Counted from the stretch's first letter, positions 1 through 10,093 are shown. The stretch is DNA of 64,000 bases from an uncultured bacterium (GCA_963704645.1 OY969926.1:768001-832000); one strand, 5' to 3'. Notes: generated from the sequence alone by a model not told the origin. Numbers and translations are program-made.

Positions 1-3000
1 CCAGCAGAGTAAAACAAGTAAACTTAGGAAACAATTCATTTTCTCTTTCGTTTGAAGATTGGCTAGACTATGACTTTAATGATATTGTGCTTAAAGTAGA
101 GAAGGGTGTTTGTGAAGGCGAAGTTCTCGAAACACCCCAAAGTCCTGAGCCTCCAAGTAATCCAGAACCACTTGTCACACCAACTCCTCAGCCCACAGTT
201 CCTCCAACTCAGCCAGAGACTCCAATAACAGAGCAAGAAAAACAGAAGAGGCTAGAAGAATGGAAAAGACCTGGGGCCCAAACTCCTACTAGGCCTACAA
301 TACCTACACCTAAACCAACACTTCCGCAGGTTCCAAACGCCAGTCCAGTAATTCCAAGCGTGAATGAGGTTTCATCAATGCCGATTGCCTCTTCTTCACC
401 TATCTCAAAACCTAGTGCCTCTGGAGACCAGGGGGTCTCCGCTACTTTGGCACCTACTACCTCCGCTGCACTTCCCACTCAAAAAACCACAGCTGCCTCG
501 TCTCCAACAACTTCTCTTACAACTACTGCCACACCTCTCGGGCCGGAACTGACGCTGAGCCAAGCTCAGCTCGCACCAGCTACCATAACAGGAACTCCCT
601 TATACAACGAATGTAACTACCCAGAACTTCCCTACGATAACTGGTGTGCTCAATATTACAACAACAATCCTTACACAGGAATAATGTCTTATTCTGAAAA
701 CTATTATCCTGCTAGAGATTACTTAGGAAGAACAGATTACATTAATAAAAATTGGGGAACAGGAAATCCTGGAGGAGTAACACCTAATGATTACTTCTCT
801 GCTAAATTTAGTAAAAAACAATGGTTTGAATCAGGTCATTACAAATTCTATACAGGTTACGACGATGGAATGAAATTAGTTATTAATGGAAATATTATTC
901 TAGACAAATGGGAAAACCCAGCCGCAGATACAGACACCAGAATAGATCTACCAACAGGCTGGCACATAATGGAAGTATATTACCAAGAAAAAACTGGAGG
1001 AGCTAAACTAACCCTTTCTTGGGAACTAGCTTGTAAAACCAACAACAACTTCTCAGACTGGTGTGTAGAATTCTACCCTAATAAATACCAAACAGGAATA
1101 CCTGTAAAACCAGTAACCAGACTAGGGGACTTTTGGGATGATAACTGGGGGAATAATAATCCTACTGTAAACTTAACTAAGGGAGGAATAAATTCTTTTT
1201 CAGGAACTTACCTAAACTCACCTTCAGGAATAAGCTCCCTTCCAACAGATAACTTTTCTGGTTACTTTACCAAAATGCATTATTTCCCGGCCTCCACATT
1301 CACTTTCATTTCAAAGGCTGATGACGGAACTGAAATTATATTAGACGGAACTAGGATAATTAATCAACCAGGGTGTTGTTCTGAAACTCGAACAGACAGA
1401 TATCTTGCTGGAGGTTGGTATCTTCTTCAGGTTAAGTTTAGGGAAGATGCTGGACAGGCCGCTTTTGCTTTGAGGTGGGAGTATACGGATAAAACCCCTC
1501 CTGCAGGTTATATAACCAATCCTCCACCAGGAGTAAACTATATGGGTGTGGTGGGAAATAGTTTTACAGTAACAGCTAACCCATATGATCAAGGAGCAAT
1601 TCAATCTGGAATAGCCAGTGTAGACTTCTTTGCTTACTACGATAATTCCTTAAAGTATTTAGGAACATCATACAACACAGGTGGAATTCCATTGTATTCT
1701 GCCAACTTAGATTTAACCAAACTTTCTAAATACAATACAGGAAGCCAGGATATTGAACTTTCTATTACTGTAAAAGACAAAGCTGGTAACTTTACTACAG
1801 TAGCAGGGGGAAGTAGGTGGATAACATACAATTACTCCAATGTTATTGAACAAAGTTTTACAGTGAATGATGGGTACAATAATTATACCTCAGCCAATCT
1901 TCGAATAGAGAATCCTAATATTACAGGAAATGCTCCTTTATTAAAAGCTAGTTATGCTACTTCAGGTCAAAATAGAAATGTTTGGATTGTTAGTCATGGG
2001 ATGAATAATAGTAGGGATAATATGACTGATTTAGCCTCAGCCATAATTCAAAACACCAAAGAGGTTAATGGAACTGAAGATATCTTACTTACCTTAGATT
2101 GGAGACAAGGAGCTAATTCTGGTCTTGCAAACCCAACAGATACAGACAAATGGATTGAACCTACTGCTATTCAAATAAAAAAGAAACTTACAGATTGGGG
2201 ATTTACTAACAAAGATAAACTATTTTTAATGGGCCATTCTATGGGAACAATAATGTCTGCTGAAATTAGTTCACAATTTGGCAACCAAGCTAAACTGCTA
2301 ATTGCTCTAGACCCTCCAAGAAGCACAGCCCCAACAGGCCAATTTACCACTAACGATGTGACAGGTAGAACATTCAATTCATTTGCAGGTAGGGCTCAAA
2401 GAACAGTTGCCTACGTTGGAAGAGGCTATTTAAGTGGATCAATTTGTGGAAGCTATGCCTTTACAACCACAGCAAATGAAGCTTACCAAGTATACCTTCC
2501 AGAGCAAAATGATACAACTGCGGTTTGCCCTGCCCATGGAAGTGTAGTAAAAAGCATAGCCAGTATGTATAGAGATAGAAGAATACAAAACAACCTTCTA
2601 GGCATAAACAACACAACTGCAGGAACATACACAAGAACAAGGCTAATAGATGATGTTTACCCAATAGATGTAAATGGAATGATTTATGCTACCCAAGACA
2701 GTAACATTCAATACTTAGCCTATTTACAAAACAATAGAATAAACTTAGTTGGTAAAACACCTAGAGTTAGTGAACTTACAGAATATTGGTTAAAAGGTTT
2801 TCCTTATTATATAACCAATATTCCAAACTTCTCTGCAAACAGTGAAAGAATAGGCTTAATAACCACTGGCCCAAACAGCACTTACTACAAATACCAAATA
2901 TTAAATATCAATAACAAACCTATGATTCAAATTTCCACCAAATCTACATATGCAGATAACTATACTCCATTTACAGACTTTGCTGAGGTTGGTGGTGGTA

Positions 3001-3080
3001 GAGCTAATTATCTTGATATGACTGAAGAATTAAATAAACTAAACTCAACTGGAACAAGCTCAATGTTCATTAGAAAATAG
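1..3080 (+). CDS. Large secreted/surface protein, 5'-truncated: DUF4114-like motif, Pro/Thr linker, two PA14-like domains, Ig-like domain, C-terminal alpha/beta-hydrolase (lipase-like) domain
   Basis: Frame is open from base 3 (FEDWLDYDFNDIV upstream of the called GTG at 87). PA14-like motifs YDDGMKLVING and ADDGTEIILDG; lipase-type HG, GHSMG and LDP motifs. Confidence 0.75.
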   Translation, partial: SRVKQVNLGNNSFSLSFEDWLDYDFNDIVLKVEKGVCEGEVLETPQSPEPPSNPEPLVTPTPQPTVPPTQPETPITEQEKQKRLEEWKRPGAQTPTRPTIPTPKPTLPQVPNASPVIPSVNEVSSMPIASSSPISKPSASGDQGVSATLAPTTSAALPTQKTTAASSPTTSLTTTATPLGPELTLSQAQLAPATITGTPLYNECNYPELPYDNWCAQYYNNNPYTGIMSYSENYYPARDYLGRTDYINKNWGTGNPGGVTPNDYFSAKFSKKQWFESGHYKFYTGYDDGMKLVINGNIILDKWENPAADTDTRIDLPTGWHIMEVYYQEKTGGAKLTLSWELACKTNNNFSDWCVEFYPNKYQTGIPVKPVTRLGDFWDDNWGNNNPTVNLTKGGINSFSGTYLNSPSGISSLPTDNFSGYFTKMHYFPASTFTFISKADDGTEIILDGTRIINQPGCCSETRTDRYLAGGWYLLQVKFREDAGQAAFALRWEYTDKTPPAGYITNPPPGVNYMGVVGNSFTVTANPYDQGAIQSGIASVDFFAYYDNSLKYLGTSYNTGGIPLYSANLDLTKLSKYNTGSQDIELSITVKDKAGNFTTVAGGSRWITYNYSNVIEQSFTVNDGYNNYTSANLRIENPNITGNAPLLKASYATSGQNRNVWIVSHGMNNSRDNMTDLASAIIQNTKEVNGTEDILLTLDWRQGANSGLANPTDTDKWIEPTAIQIKKKLTDWGFTNKDKLFLMGHSMGTIMSAEISSQFGNQAKLLIALDPPRSTAPTGQFTTNDVTGRTFNSFAGRAQRTVAYVGRGYLSGSICGSYAFTTTANEAYQVYLPEQNDTTAVCPAHGSVVKSIASMYRDRRIQNNLLGINNTTAGTYTRTRLIDDVYPIDVNGMIYATQDSNIQYLAYLQNNRINLVGKTPRVSELTEYWLKGFPYYITNIPNFSANSERIGLITTGPNSTYYKYQILNINNKPMIQISTKSTYADNYTPFTDFAEVGGGRANYLDMTEELNKLNSTGTSSMFIRK

Positions 3081-3083
3081 CAT

Positions 3084-3632
3084 ATGAACAACTCTAAAAC
3101 AATTAAAATTGTGTTAATATCATTAGCACTACTGATTTCCTTAATTACTTTTTCAGTAATAATAATACCTTTTCAGCTTGGTATTCCTGAAAAAAGTTTA
3201 AAGAATGAATATGATAATGGTTTAGTATTTTCAGGATTCGGTAAACCAATACCTGATGGCTACAACTATATTTCAAGTAAAAAAAATCATAGACTAGTAT
3301 TAAGTAAAATTGATATACTTAAACCAATATATACACTTGTCTATTCTTATACTGATGAAAGTGTAAATGACAGGTTCAGCATTGAAATTATTCAATACGA
3401 ACGAGTAAGTTTAATAAATTGGAAAATAACAGGCAAACTTTCAGGCAATATTAAAAACAAACCCTTCTCCGAAGCAGTAGCCTTAGCGCAAAAATATGAC
3501 TTATCTAAAGAAAACCCAGACCCAGAAAATATTACTGTGTTTTCTCCACTGCAGCCTTCTTCAAGCTCAGAAACTGTGGTTTACCCACAAGGTGTAACTC
3601 TACCAAATCAGACTAGTTTAGAAAATAAATAG
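3084..3632 (+). CDS. Membrane-anchored hypothetical protein, possible partner/immunity protein of the upstream lipase-like protein
   Basis: N-terminal hydrophobic helix; starts 3 bp after the upstream stop. Confidence 0.6.
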   Translation: MNNSKTIKIVLISLALLISLITFSVIIIPFQLGIPEKSLKNEYDNGLVFSGFGKPIPDGYNYISSKKNHRLVLSKIDILKPIYTLVYSYTDESVNDRFSIEIIQYERVSLINWKITGKLSGNIKNKPFSEAVALAQKYDLSKENPDPENITVFSPLQPSSSSETVVYPQGVTLPNQTSLENK

Positions 3633-3868
3633 CAAAATATAGTAAGAATAGGTCTGTTCATGAAAAATGCTAGTAGCTAATTCATTATGAGAGTATATAT
3701 TTTAATAGTTTGGATACACCTTTAGAAGTAGAAAAAAGAAGGTTAGACCTCTGAATAGTTTAAAAAGCAAAAGCAGAGATTCTGCAGCTTTATATTAAAT
3801 ACATCCTAAAAAAGTTCTAAGGTTAGTTAATTCTTCTGTGGTGTGGTTTTATGCAAGATGACTGGAAC

Positions 3869-5080
3869 TTAAATTGTTCCTTTTTCAGACATTATAATAG
3901 CTTCAGAATTGTCTGGATATGAAGCCTGGTTGATAATTCTAAAACCAACATTATTTAATTCGTCTACGAATTGCTCTAGCTTGTAGCTGTGGTAGTTCCA
4001 AACAATTATGTCATCTCCTTTGTTCAAAGAAATTCTTTTTTCTTTTGATTGAAGCTGAAAAACAATATCTAGATCTACAATTAATCTTAGACATAACACA
4101 TAACTTTGTATTACTTCGTTAAAGTTTACTTCAAGTGTGTAAAGTTCTTCTTCTATTCCCATTAATTCAGGAATCCAACTTGATTCTTCAACAATGGAAT
4201 GTTTTTTTGCATGCCTCTTAATTGCGTCAACTTCCCCTGGAGTTTCAATTCCGCTATTAATCCATAGGAAATCGTCTTGGCTCATACTATCATAAAAGTT
4301 TTTATAGACTCGGTGCCTATCATAGAAGTTTCCTATTGTTGATCCTAAAAACAGAACAATGTTGCAAGAAGACTTTTCTTCACGGTGCTTATTAAAAAAT
4401 AATTGATCTCTTATAATATCGTAATCTATATCCGTAAGTATATACTCAGCATCTAAGTTTGGGTACCATTGTTCTATATTTTTTTGTAAAATCTGCAGCA
4501 TCGATGAACTAATGTCCATTCCAGTATATTTAATATCTTTCTTTAACTCTATAAGCTTGTTTAAAATTGGTTTAGCAATATAGCCATTACCTGGGCCGAT
4601 ATCAATAATGTTTACTTTGTCATATTTTTTAATTTTTAAGTCTAAATAACTTAATGTAGAGTTTATCAAAATTTCCTCCTTTTTGTTGTAAGAATATTCT
4701 TCATTATTCAAATCAGCAATTATATAATTGTCCCACATTTTTGCACCTTTATCAAAATATGTATACTTTAACGGAATTAATTTATCATTTTCTAGATTTG
4801 TAATAATTTCAATAGTTTCGGACTGGTTAAAAATTTTGTAAAACTTGCTACTAACTTCCACTTCTACCCTACCTCCTTTGCCTATATGCTTTTTCCCTTT
4901 TTCTATAAGCTGTTTTATAATTTTTCGGTTATGCTCAGAGTCTACTAAAACGGTTTTAGTTCCAACAGTTGCTAGGTTTAAATTCACCTTGTTTTTTTCG
5001 GTTGCAATTATCCAGTTGTGAATTGTGGTAGGTGAAACATGAAATTCTTTTGCTGCTTCAGATTTTGTCCAGAATGACAT
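3869..5080 (-). CDS. EgtD-like (histidine-specific methyltransferase family) SAM-dependent methyltransferase with N-terminal HTH
   Basis: PLKYTYFDKGAKMWD, IDIGPGNG and LFLGSTIGNF motifs; N-terminal SEAAKEFHVSPTTIHNWI helix-turn-helix. Confidence 0.8.
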   Translation of the reverse strand: MSFWTKSEAAKEFHVSPTTIHNWIIATEKNKVNLNLATVGTKTVLVDSEHNRKIIKQLIEKGKKHIGKGGRVEVEVSSKFYKIFNQSETIEIITNLENDKLIPLKYTYFDKGAKMWDNYIIADLNNEEYSYNKKEEILINSTLSYLDLKIKKYDKVNIIDIGPGNGYIAKPILNKLIELKKDIKYTGMDISSSMLQILQKNIEQWYPNLDAEYILTDIDYDIIRDQLFFNKHREEKSSCNIVLFLGSTIGNFYDRHRVYKNFYDSMSQDDFLWINSGIETPGEVDAIKRHAKKHSIVEESSWIPELMGIEEELYTLEVNFNEVIQSYVLCLRLIVDLDIVFQLQSKEKRISLNKGDDIIVWNYHSYKLEQFVDELNNVGFRIINQASYPDNSEAIIMSEKGTI

Positions 5081-5232
5081 AAAGTGGTGATTTGTAAGGT
5101 GTTATTGTGTTAAAAATTTAACGATTAAAAATGATGCTGTTTGACAACATTGGATTTATTATTAAATGTTCATTCGCCAAAGAAATTACAACAATTTTTT
5201 ATGTTTGATTTTTAAAAGTCTTTTGTGAATTT

Positions 5233-5412
5233 ATGATGAAAAATAATAAACCCGTTAGTTTAAGTATAAAAAAGAATGATGACAGAGTTGTAACTAATCT
5301 CTTAGTTCTTATTCAAGAATTAGAGCTTGCTATTGCTTTGTCTCCAGTGCTTTCTTCAAGTCAAGCTAGACAATTGGAAGCAGCCATTATTAAACTTGTC
5401 AAACAAATTTAA
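5233..5412 (+). CDS. Small hypothetical helical protein (59 aa), divergent from the HTH-methyltransferase gene
   Basis: Manual translation MMKNNKPVSLSIKKNDDRVVTNLLVLIQELELAIAL...KLVKQI; below the ORF track cutoff. Confidence 0.35.
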   Translation: MMKNNKPVSLSIKKNDDRVVTNLLVLIQELELAIALSPVLSSSQARQLEAAIIKLVKQI

Positions 5413-5930
5413 TGGAAACACTTAACAAGTTAACTTCAACAACAATTTTGAATATAAAATATTTAACAAACAACACTGGAGAAATTTAAATTATTATAAA
5501 ACCTTTATAATCCTTAGCTTTCTCAAAAAAAACCTTTCAACTTCAACAAAATATTCTACCCTACAAGTGTTTAAGGAAAAAGTAGTGCAATATTTACCAA
5601 CATGGAATTAATAAGCTTTAGAATAGTAATATTCATAAAAAGTAAAAGAACTATTTCCAAGTACAATTATAAAAAAGAATAAAACAATTACGTGATACTC
5701 TAAATGGTAGTAGCAGAGGCTTCACACACTTTATTTGATTAAAAGTTATAATGCGTTTCGTGTTAATTTTAAAAAACCAGTAGTAGCAAAGTCTCTGAGT
5801 TATAAAGCTATAATTGTCATAAGTACAAATTCATTTTGTTTCTTCCATCGGTTTGGTACAATGAATTGTGAGTTTTGACATATCAATTTTTCTAAATAAT
5901 TGTAAGGCATAATCTTAATTCAACTTAAAC

Positions 5931-7637
5931 ATGCCAGATCTTTTTCAAACTACTTTGTTGCCGCAAATTTTGGTTGATGTTTCGTCTGGCGAAAATGTAA
6001 ATAAAGATAGTTTTTTAGGGTTAAGTTTGAAAGCCAAGGAACTTCTTCCACAAATAAATTGGGTTATTACACAGCGTAAATTTGAATATTTCAGCGAAAT
6101 GTTGAACCTGCAAAACCATTCTAGCGTAGCAGTAAAGCGTAAAGTTGCAGCCGGCTTGGGTATTATTGGCAGAGCCGAGGACGCAGACTTAATTAAACCT
6201 TGGCTAGAAACAGAATCTGATAGGGAAACTTGGTTAATTTTGCAAGCTAGCATTGATAACCTTTCAAGAAAAAATAGTAATTCATCGTCTGAAGTTGAAA
6301 AGCTTACCGTTTCTGAAGCGATAACTTTAGTAAAAAAAATTTTAGGGGATAAAACTTATATTATTGAAGGCGAACTAACCGAGATTAAGCCTATAAATAA
6401 TATGTTTGCTTTTGGAGTGAAAGACAAAGAGGCAAGACTGAACTGTTGGATGTTGGCTTCTGTTTCAGAGAGAAAAAATATTCCCATGAATGATGGTTTA
6501 ACAGTAAAATTGAAGGGAAAATTTAAACTATCTAAAGATTCCAGGTTGTATTTTAATGTAGAAAGCTTAGATTTAACTGGGGAAGGTGAGTTACTTAGAA
6601 ATTTGAAAATGCTGGAAAGTAAGTTGAAAGAGGAAGGTTTATTTGATGAAACAAGAAAGCGAAAAATTCCTATCCTCCCAGAAAAGATATTGCTTTTAGC
6701 TAGCAGTAATGGTGCTGCTATTCACGATTTTGTAAAAGTGTTAGGTCAAAGGCGTGGAGGAATAGAAATTTACCATTTACCAATTAAAACTCAGGGAGTT
6801 GGGGCAGAATTGAACTTGTTAAACGCTTTGAATTTAGCTAATAATTTAACAGAAAGCTTGAAAATTGACTCGATTGTAATTACCAGAGGTGGTGGTTCTA
6901 ATGATGACTTGGCTGTTTTTAATTCTGAACGTGTAGTTAGGGCGATTTATTCTTTAAATAAACCTTCAATTGTTGCAATTGGACACGAAAAAGACTTTAC
7001 TTTGTCTGAATTTGTTGCAGATTTAAGGGCTAGTACACCAAGTAATGCGGCCGAGTTAATTTCGCTAACAAGAAATGAAGTTGTTAGTAAGGCAAATTTC
7101 GTTTTGCAAGAAACTGTTAGCTTAATCCAAGCTAAAATTATAAATTATTCTGAAGTAAAAACTAGGTTATCAACCAGTATTATAAATATTATACGAAGTA
7201 ATATTAATCAATTTCAACTTGAACTTAAAAACTTTGACACTACAATTCAAACCTTGGTTAATGATGTAAAGTCTTTAAATAGTCAGCTTTATGGTTCAAT
7301 TTATGGCTTAGTACAATTGCAATTTAATTTGGCTAAAATTCAATCTGTAAATTCAGAGGAGTTTTTTGGTGTCATAAGTTTCCACATACAAAACTACAAA
7401 CAGGAAACTAAGTTTTATTTTGAGAATATTAAAAACCTGCTAACTTCAGAGATTAAAAATTCTAGATACCAAGTTAATTTATTGTTTTCTGATATTCAGC
7501 AATTTGATATAAATTTGGTTTTGGAAAAAGGGTTTGCTTTAATTAGCCAAAATGGGAATGTTATTGAAACAAAAAATGCCCTGAAAAATGGATCTGTTAC
7601 AATTCAATTTCAGGACGGTGTGGTGGAAGTGGGGTAG
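5931..7637 (+). CDS. xseA: Exodeoxyribonuclease VII large subunit with N-terminal HEAT-like extension
   Basis: LTVSE...EGEL OB fold start, EGLFD, ITRGGGS, AIGHEKD, STPSNAAE, VLEKGFA motifs. Confidence 0.92.
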   Translation: MPDLFQTTLLPQILVDVSSGENVNKDSFLGLSLKAKELLPQINWVITQRKFEYFSEMLNLQNHSSVAVKRKVAAGLGIIGRAEDADLIKPWLETESDRETWLILQASIDNLSRKNSNSSSEVEKLTVSEAITLVKKILGDKTYIIEGELTEIKPINNMFAFGVKDKEARLNCWMLASVSERKNIPMNDGLTVKLKGKFKLSKDSRLYFNVESLDLTGEGELLRNLKMLESKLKEEGLFDETRKRKIPILPEKILLLASSNGAAIHDFVKVLGQRRGGIEIYHLPIKTQGVGAELNLLNALNLANNLTESLKIDSIVITRGGGSNDDLAVFNSERVVRAIYSLNKPSIVAIGHEKDFTLSEFVADLRASTPSNAAELISLTRNEVVSKANFVLQETVSLIQAKIINYSEVKTRLSTSIINIIRSNINQFQLELKNFDTTIQTLVNDVKSLNSQLYGSIYGLVQLQFNLAKIQSVNSEEFFGVISFHIQNYKQETKFYFENIKNLLTSEIKNSRYQVNLLFSDIQQFDINLVLEKGFALISQNGNVIETKNALKNGSVTIQFQDGVVEVG

Positions 7638-7752
7638 TTCAGATTTTATAACTTAAAGTTAGTAACAGTAATAAACTGAAACACAATTAGACAATCACTT
7701 CAGGAAGGGCTATATACCAATATAAGGTAATAATCTCCATTCCTTAACCTTA

Positions 7753-7893
7753 CTAATCTAAATTGGCAGAATTAAATAAAGCCCAAACAATTACAGTTGA
7801 AAGCACTATCAACAAAATTGCAAGTGGCCAATATGAAGCCAAAGTCTGAACATAAAAATTCAATACTTGTGTTACGCTAAAAATTCCTTTCAT
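7753..7893 (-). CDS. Small single-TM protein (46 aa)
   Basis: MKGIFSVTQVLNFYVQTLASYWPLAILLIVLSTVIVWALFNSANLD; AGGAGG 5 nt upstream; ATGA overlap with the upstream ORF. Confidence 0.5.
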   Translation of the reverse strand: MKGIFSVTQVLNFYVQTLASYWPLAILLIVLSTVIVWALFNSANLD

Positions 7894-8057
7894 CTTTTCC
7901 TCCTTGGTTTGAAATCAATCACTCCTAGCATTACTAGAAATAACCAACCAAAAAAGCAGCCTAATATTATTTCCATTAGCGCATTTAACCTCCTACAAAA
8001 ATTAAGGTACTCAGTACTAACATTAACACCGAGCTTATAATTATAGAGTTTGTTCAT
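7890..8057 (-). CDS. Small hydrophobic protein (55 aa, or 28 aa from ATG 7976)
   Basis: ...MEIILGCFFGWLFLVMLGVIDFKPRRKR; AGGAGG motifs at 8071-8076 and 7989-7994. Confidence 0.4.
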   Translation of the reverse strand: MNKLYNYKLGVNVSTEYLNFCRRLNALMEIILGCFFGWLFLVMLGVIDFKPRRKR

Positions 8058-8257
8058 TCATTTATTTTCACCTCCTTTTAAATACAGTACAGTTTATCAA
8101 GGTTTGTCTAGGATGGGAGTACTATTTTAGATTTTCGAAATGGGGTAGTTTAGGCTTGAGTTACTATTCTAGTATGGTGTCCAATTATAGTTTACAACGA
8201 AATGCTGATAAAGGCTTGACAAACTAAATGAAATACTATTCTTTTAGAATATTGCAC

Positions 8258-8331
8258 CGCGGGATGGAGTAATGGCAGCTCGTCTGGCTCATAACCAGAT
8301 AGTCTAGGTTCGAATCCTGGTCCCGCCACCA
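8258..8331 (+). tRNA. tRNA-Met(CAT), initiator-type
   Basis: Cloverleaf with CTCATAA anticodon loop, GGTTCGAATCC T arm, encoded CCA, unpaired position 1:72. Confidence 0.93.
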
Positions 8332-8379
8332 AAAAAAGCTTTTAGCCTCAAACAAAAATAACATTAAAATTTTACATTT

Positions 8380-8456
8380 GGGATTGTAGCTCAGCTGGTT
8401 AGAGCGCCGCCCTGTCACGGCGGAGGTCACGGGTTCGAGTCCCGCCAGTCCCGCCA
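8380..8456 (+). tRNA. tRNA-Asp(GTC)
   Basis: TAGCTCAGCTGGTTAGAGC D arm, CCGCC-CTGTCAC-GGCGG anticodon arm, GGTTCGAGTCC, terminal CCA. Confidence 0.96.
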
Positions 8457-8600
8457 TTTTGGCTTTTAAACAAAAATTCAATAAATATAACTTTAACTAC
8501 AAAAACTTTTTTGTTAAAATTTAATCCCCGCAAGGGGTTGTTTTTATATCAAGGTCTAAAAAATGGCTTATTTTAACAAGGATTGCTAGATTAATAATTT

Positions 8601-9251
8601 ATGACTGAAAAACTTTTTCAAAACAACAGGGTGGAAGATAATATTATTGCTCCGATTGTTGTTGCTTTTATTACTACGTTTATTTTAAATTTAGTATATG
8701 AGTGGTTTATTAAAAAGTATATCGAAGTTGACCGAGAATTGTTACTTATAAAAAAGAGAGAACAAGCTAATTTTATTGCCAAATGTCAAAATATAGGACT
8801 ATTTTTTGGCCAGGTTAATTTAAAAAAATCAAAATTATGGTCGGAGAACGATTATAATCATTTTATTTTTTTAGTAAACCAAGAGTATGAAGACCTAAAG
8901 TTATTAAAACAGGATGTGGTTAAAGTTTTTAATTTTAGAGATCAAGAAAATGGTGATAATCTATTTTTTCAAAAATATTTCTCTTACTATATTGGATATT
9001 TAATTGGTAGAATGGGTGGTTTTAAAAAATACATCGAATTAAAAAATGAAATTGGTATAAATTTAATGCTAACAGAATTTGATGAAAAAAAATATTCAGA
9101 AAATTTCCAACTTTTTGATACATATTTTGCTTTCAGATTTAGTTATAATGGAATATTTTTAGATAATTTAAGGAAGATTTTCTACAAAACATTTCTTTTA
9201 AAGAAAGTAAAAATAGATGTTGAAAATTTAATAAAGGATATAAGTAGATAA
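8601..9251 (+). CDS. Hypothetical protein with N-terminal TM helix, very AT-rich
   Basis: 216-aa ORF, hydrophobic IIAPIVVAFITTFILNLVY. Confidence 0.6.
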   Translation: MTEKLFQNNRVEDNIIAPIVVAFITTFILNLVYEWFIKKYIEVDRELLLIKKREQANFIAKCQNIGLFFGQVNLKKSKLWSENDYNHFIFLVNQEYEDLKLLKQDVVKVFNFRDQENGDNLFFQKYFSYYIGYLIGRMGGFKKYIELKNEIGINLMLTEFDEKKYSENFQLFDTYFAFRFSYNGIFLDNLRKIFYKTFLLKKVKIDVENLIKDISR

Positions 9252-9512
9252 TCAAATTAAAATACTACTATTACAAAATTTATTTGAAGTTACTTTGTAA
9301 GATTTTATTGTATACAGCTTGGCTTAATTTCGATAAGAGGCTAGCGAAAGCCTAATTATTAGGACAATATATCTGTTCAAATATGTGATTTTTCGCTAAA
9401 TTTATTTTGTTTATATTCAACACAACTTTTAAGTATTAATAAATTATAATCTTTTAAACATTGACACATTATGTAAACTATGTTACATTTTATGTAATTA
9501 AACAATCATTCT

Positions 9513-9770
9513 ATGTCTAATATTCATGTAAGCTTAACACCTAAATTAAATGACTATGTTCAATCTTTATTAGAATCTGGTTTGTATGGAAATGTTAGTG
9601 AAATTATTCGGGAAGCTCTTCGTAAACAATATCAATCTGATGTGTTGCAAAACAACCAAAAACTTGTTCAATTACAACAAGCAGTTCAGGTTGGTTTAGA
9701 TCAAGCCAAGAATAAACAATTTAGCGATGTAAATTTGGAAACTTTGCTTGGTAAAATTCAGGCTAAATAA
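9513..9770 (+). CDS. parD: ParD-family antitoxin (ribbon-helix-helix)
   Basis: VSLTPKL...SGLYGNVSEIIREALR signature; upstream TTGACA promoter with TGTAA/TTACA inverted motifs. Confidence 0.88.
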   Translation: MSNIHVSLTPKLNDYVQSLLESGLYGNVSEIIREALRKQYQSDVLQNNQKLVQLQQAVQVGLDQAKNKQFSDVNLETLLGKIQAK

Positions 9771-9773
9771 ATT

Positions 9774-10067
9774 ATGAACTTGAAAATAACAATTCAAGCC
9801 AGTTTAGATCTGGAAGATATTTTGGTATATACAAATGAAACTTGGGGCTTAGATAAAGCTTCGGAATATGGAACTAAACTTTTTCAATGTTTTAATAAAT
9901 TGCTTGAAAATAATTATTTAGGAATTGCCGCTGAATATATAAATGTAAATGTTAGAAAATTCGTTGTAGAAAAACATGTTATCTTCTATTCAATTGAATC
10001 AGACTATATTGTAATTCTCAGAGTTTTGCATACTAATATGGATGTACACCAGGCTGGACTATTTTAG
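9774..10067 (+). CDS. parE: ParE/RelE-family toxin
   Basis: ASLDLEDILVYTNETWG and HVIFY...ILRVLH motifs; directly after parD. Confidence 0.9.
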   Translation: MNLKITIQASLDLEDILVYTNETWGLDKASEYGTKLFQCFNKLLENNYLGIAAEYINVNVRKFVVEKHVIFYSIESDYIVILRVLHTNMDVHQAGLF

Positions 10068-10093
10068 TTAGATGGAAATGCTTTCTACTCAAA

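Noticed and set aside
8236-8481. 81-aa minus-strand ORF
   Set aside because: Antisense to two tRNA genes.
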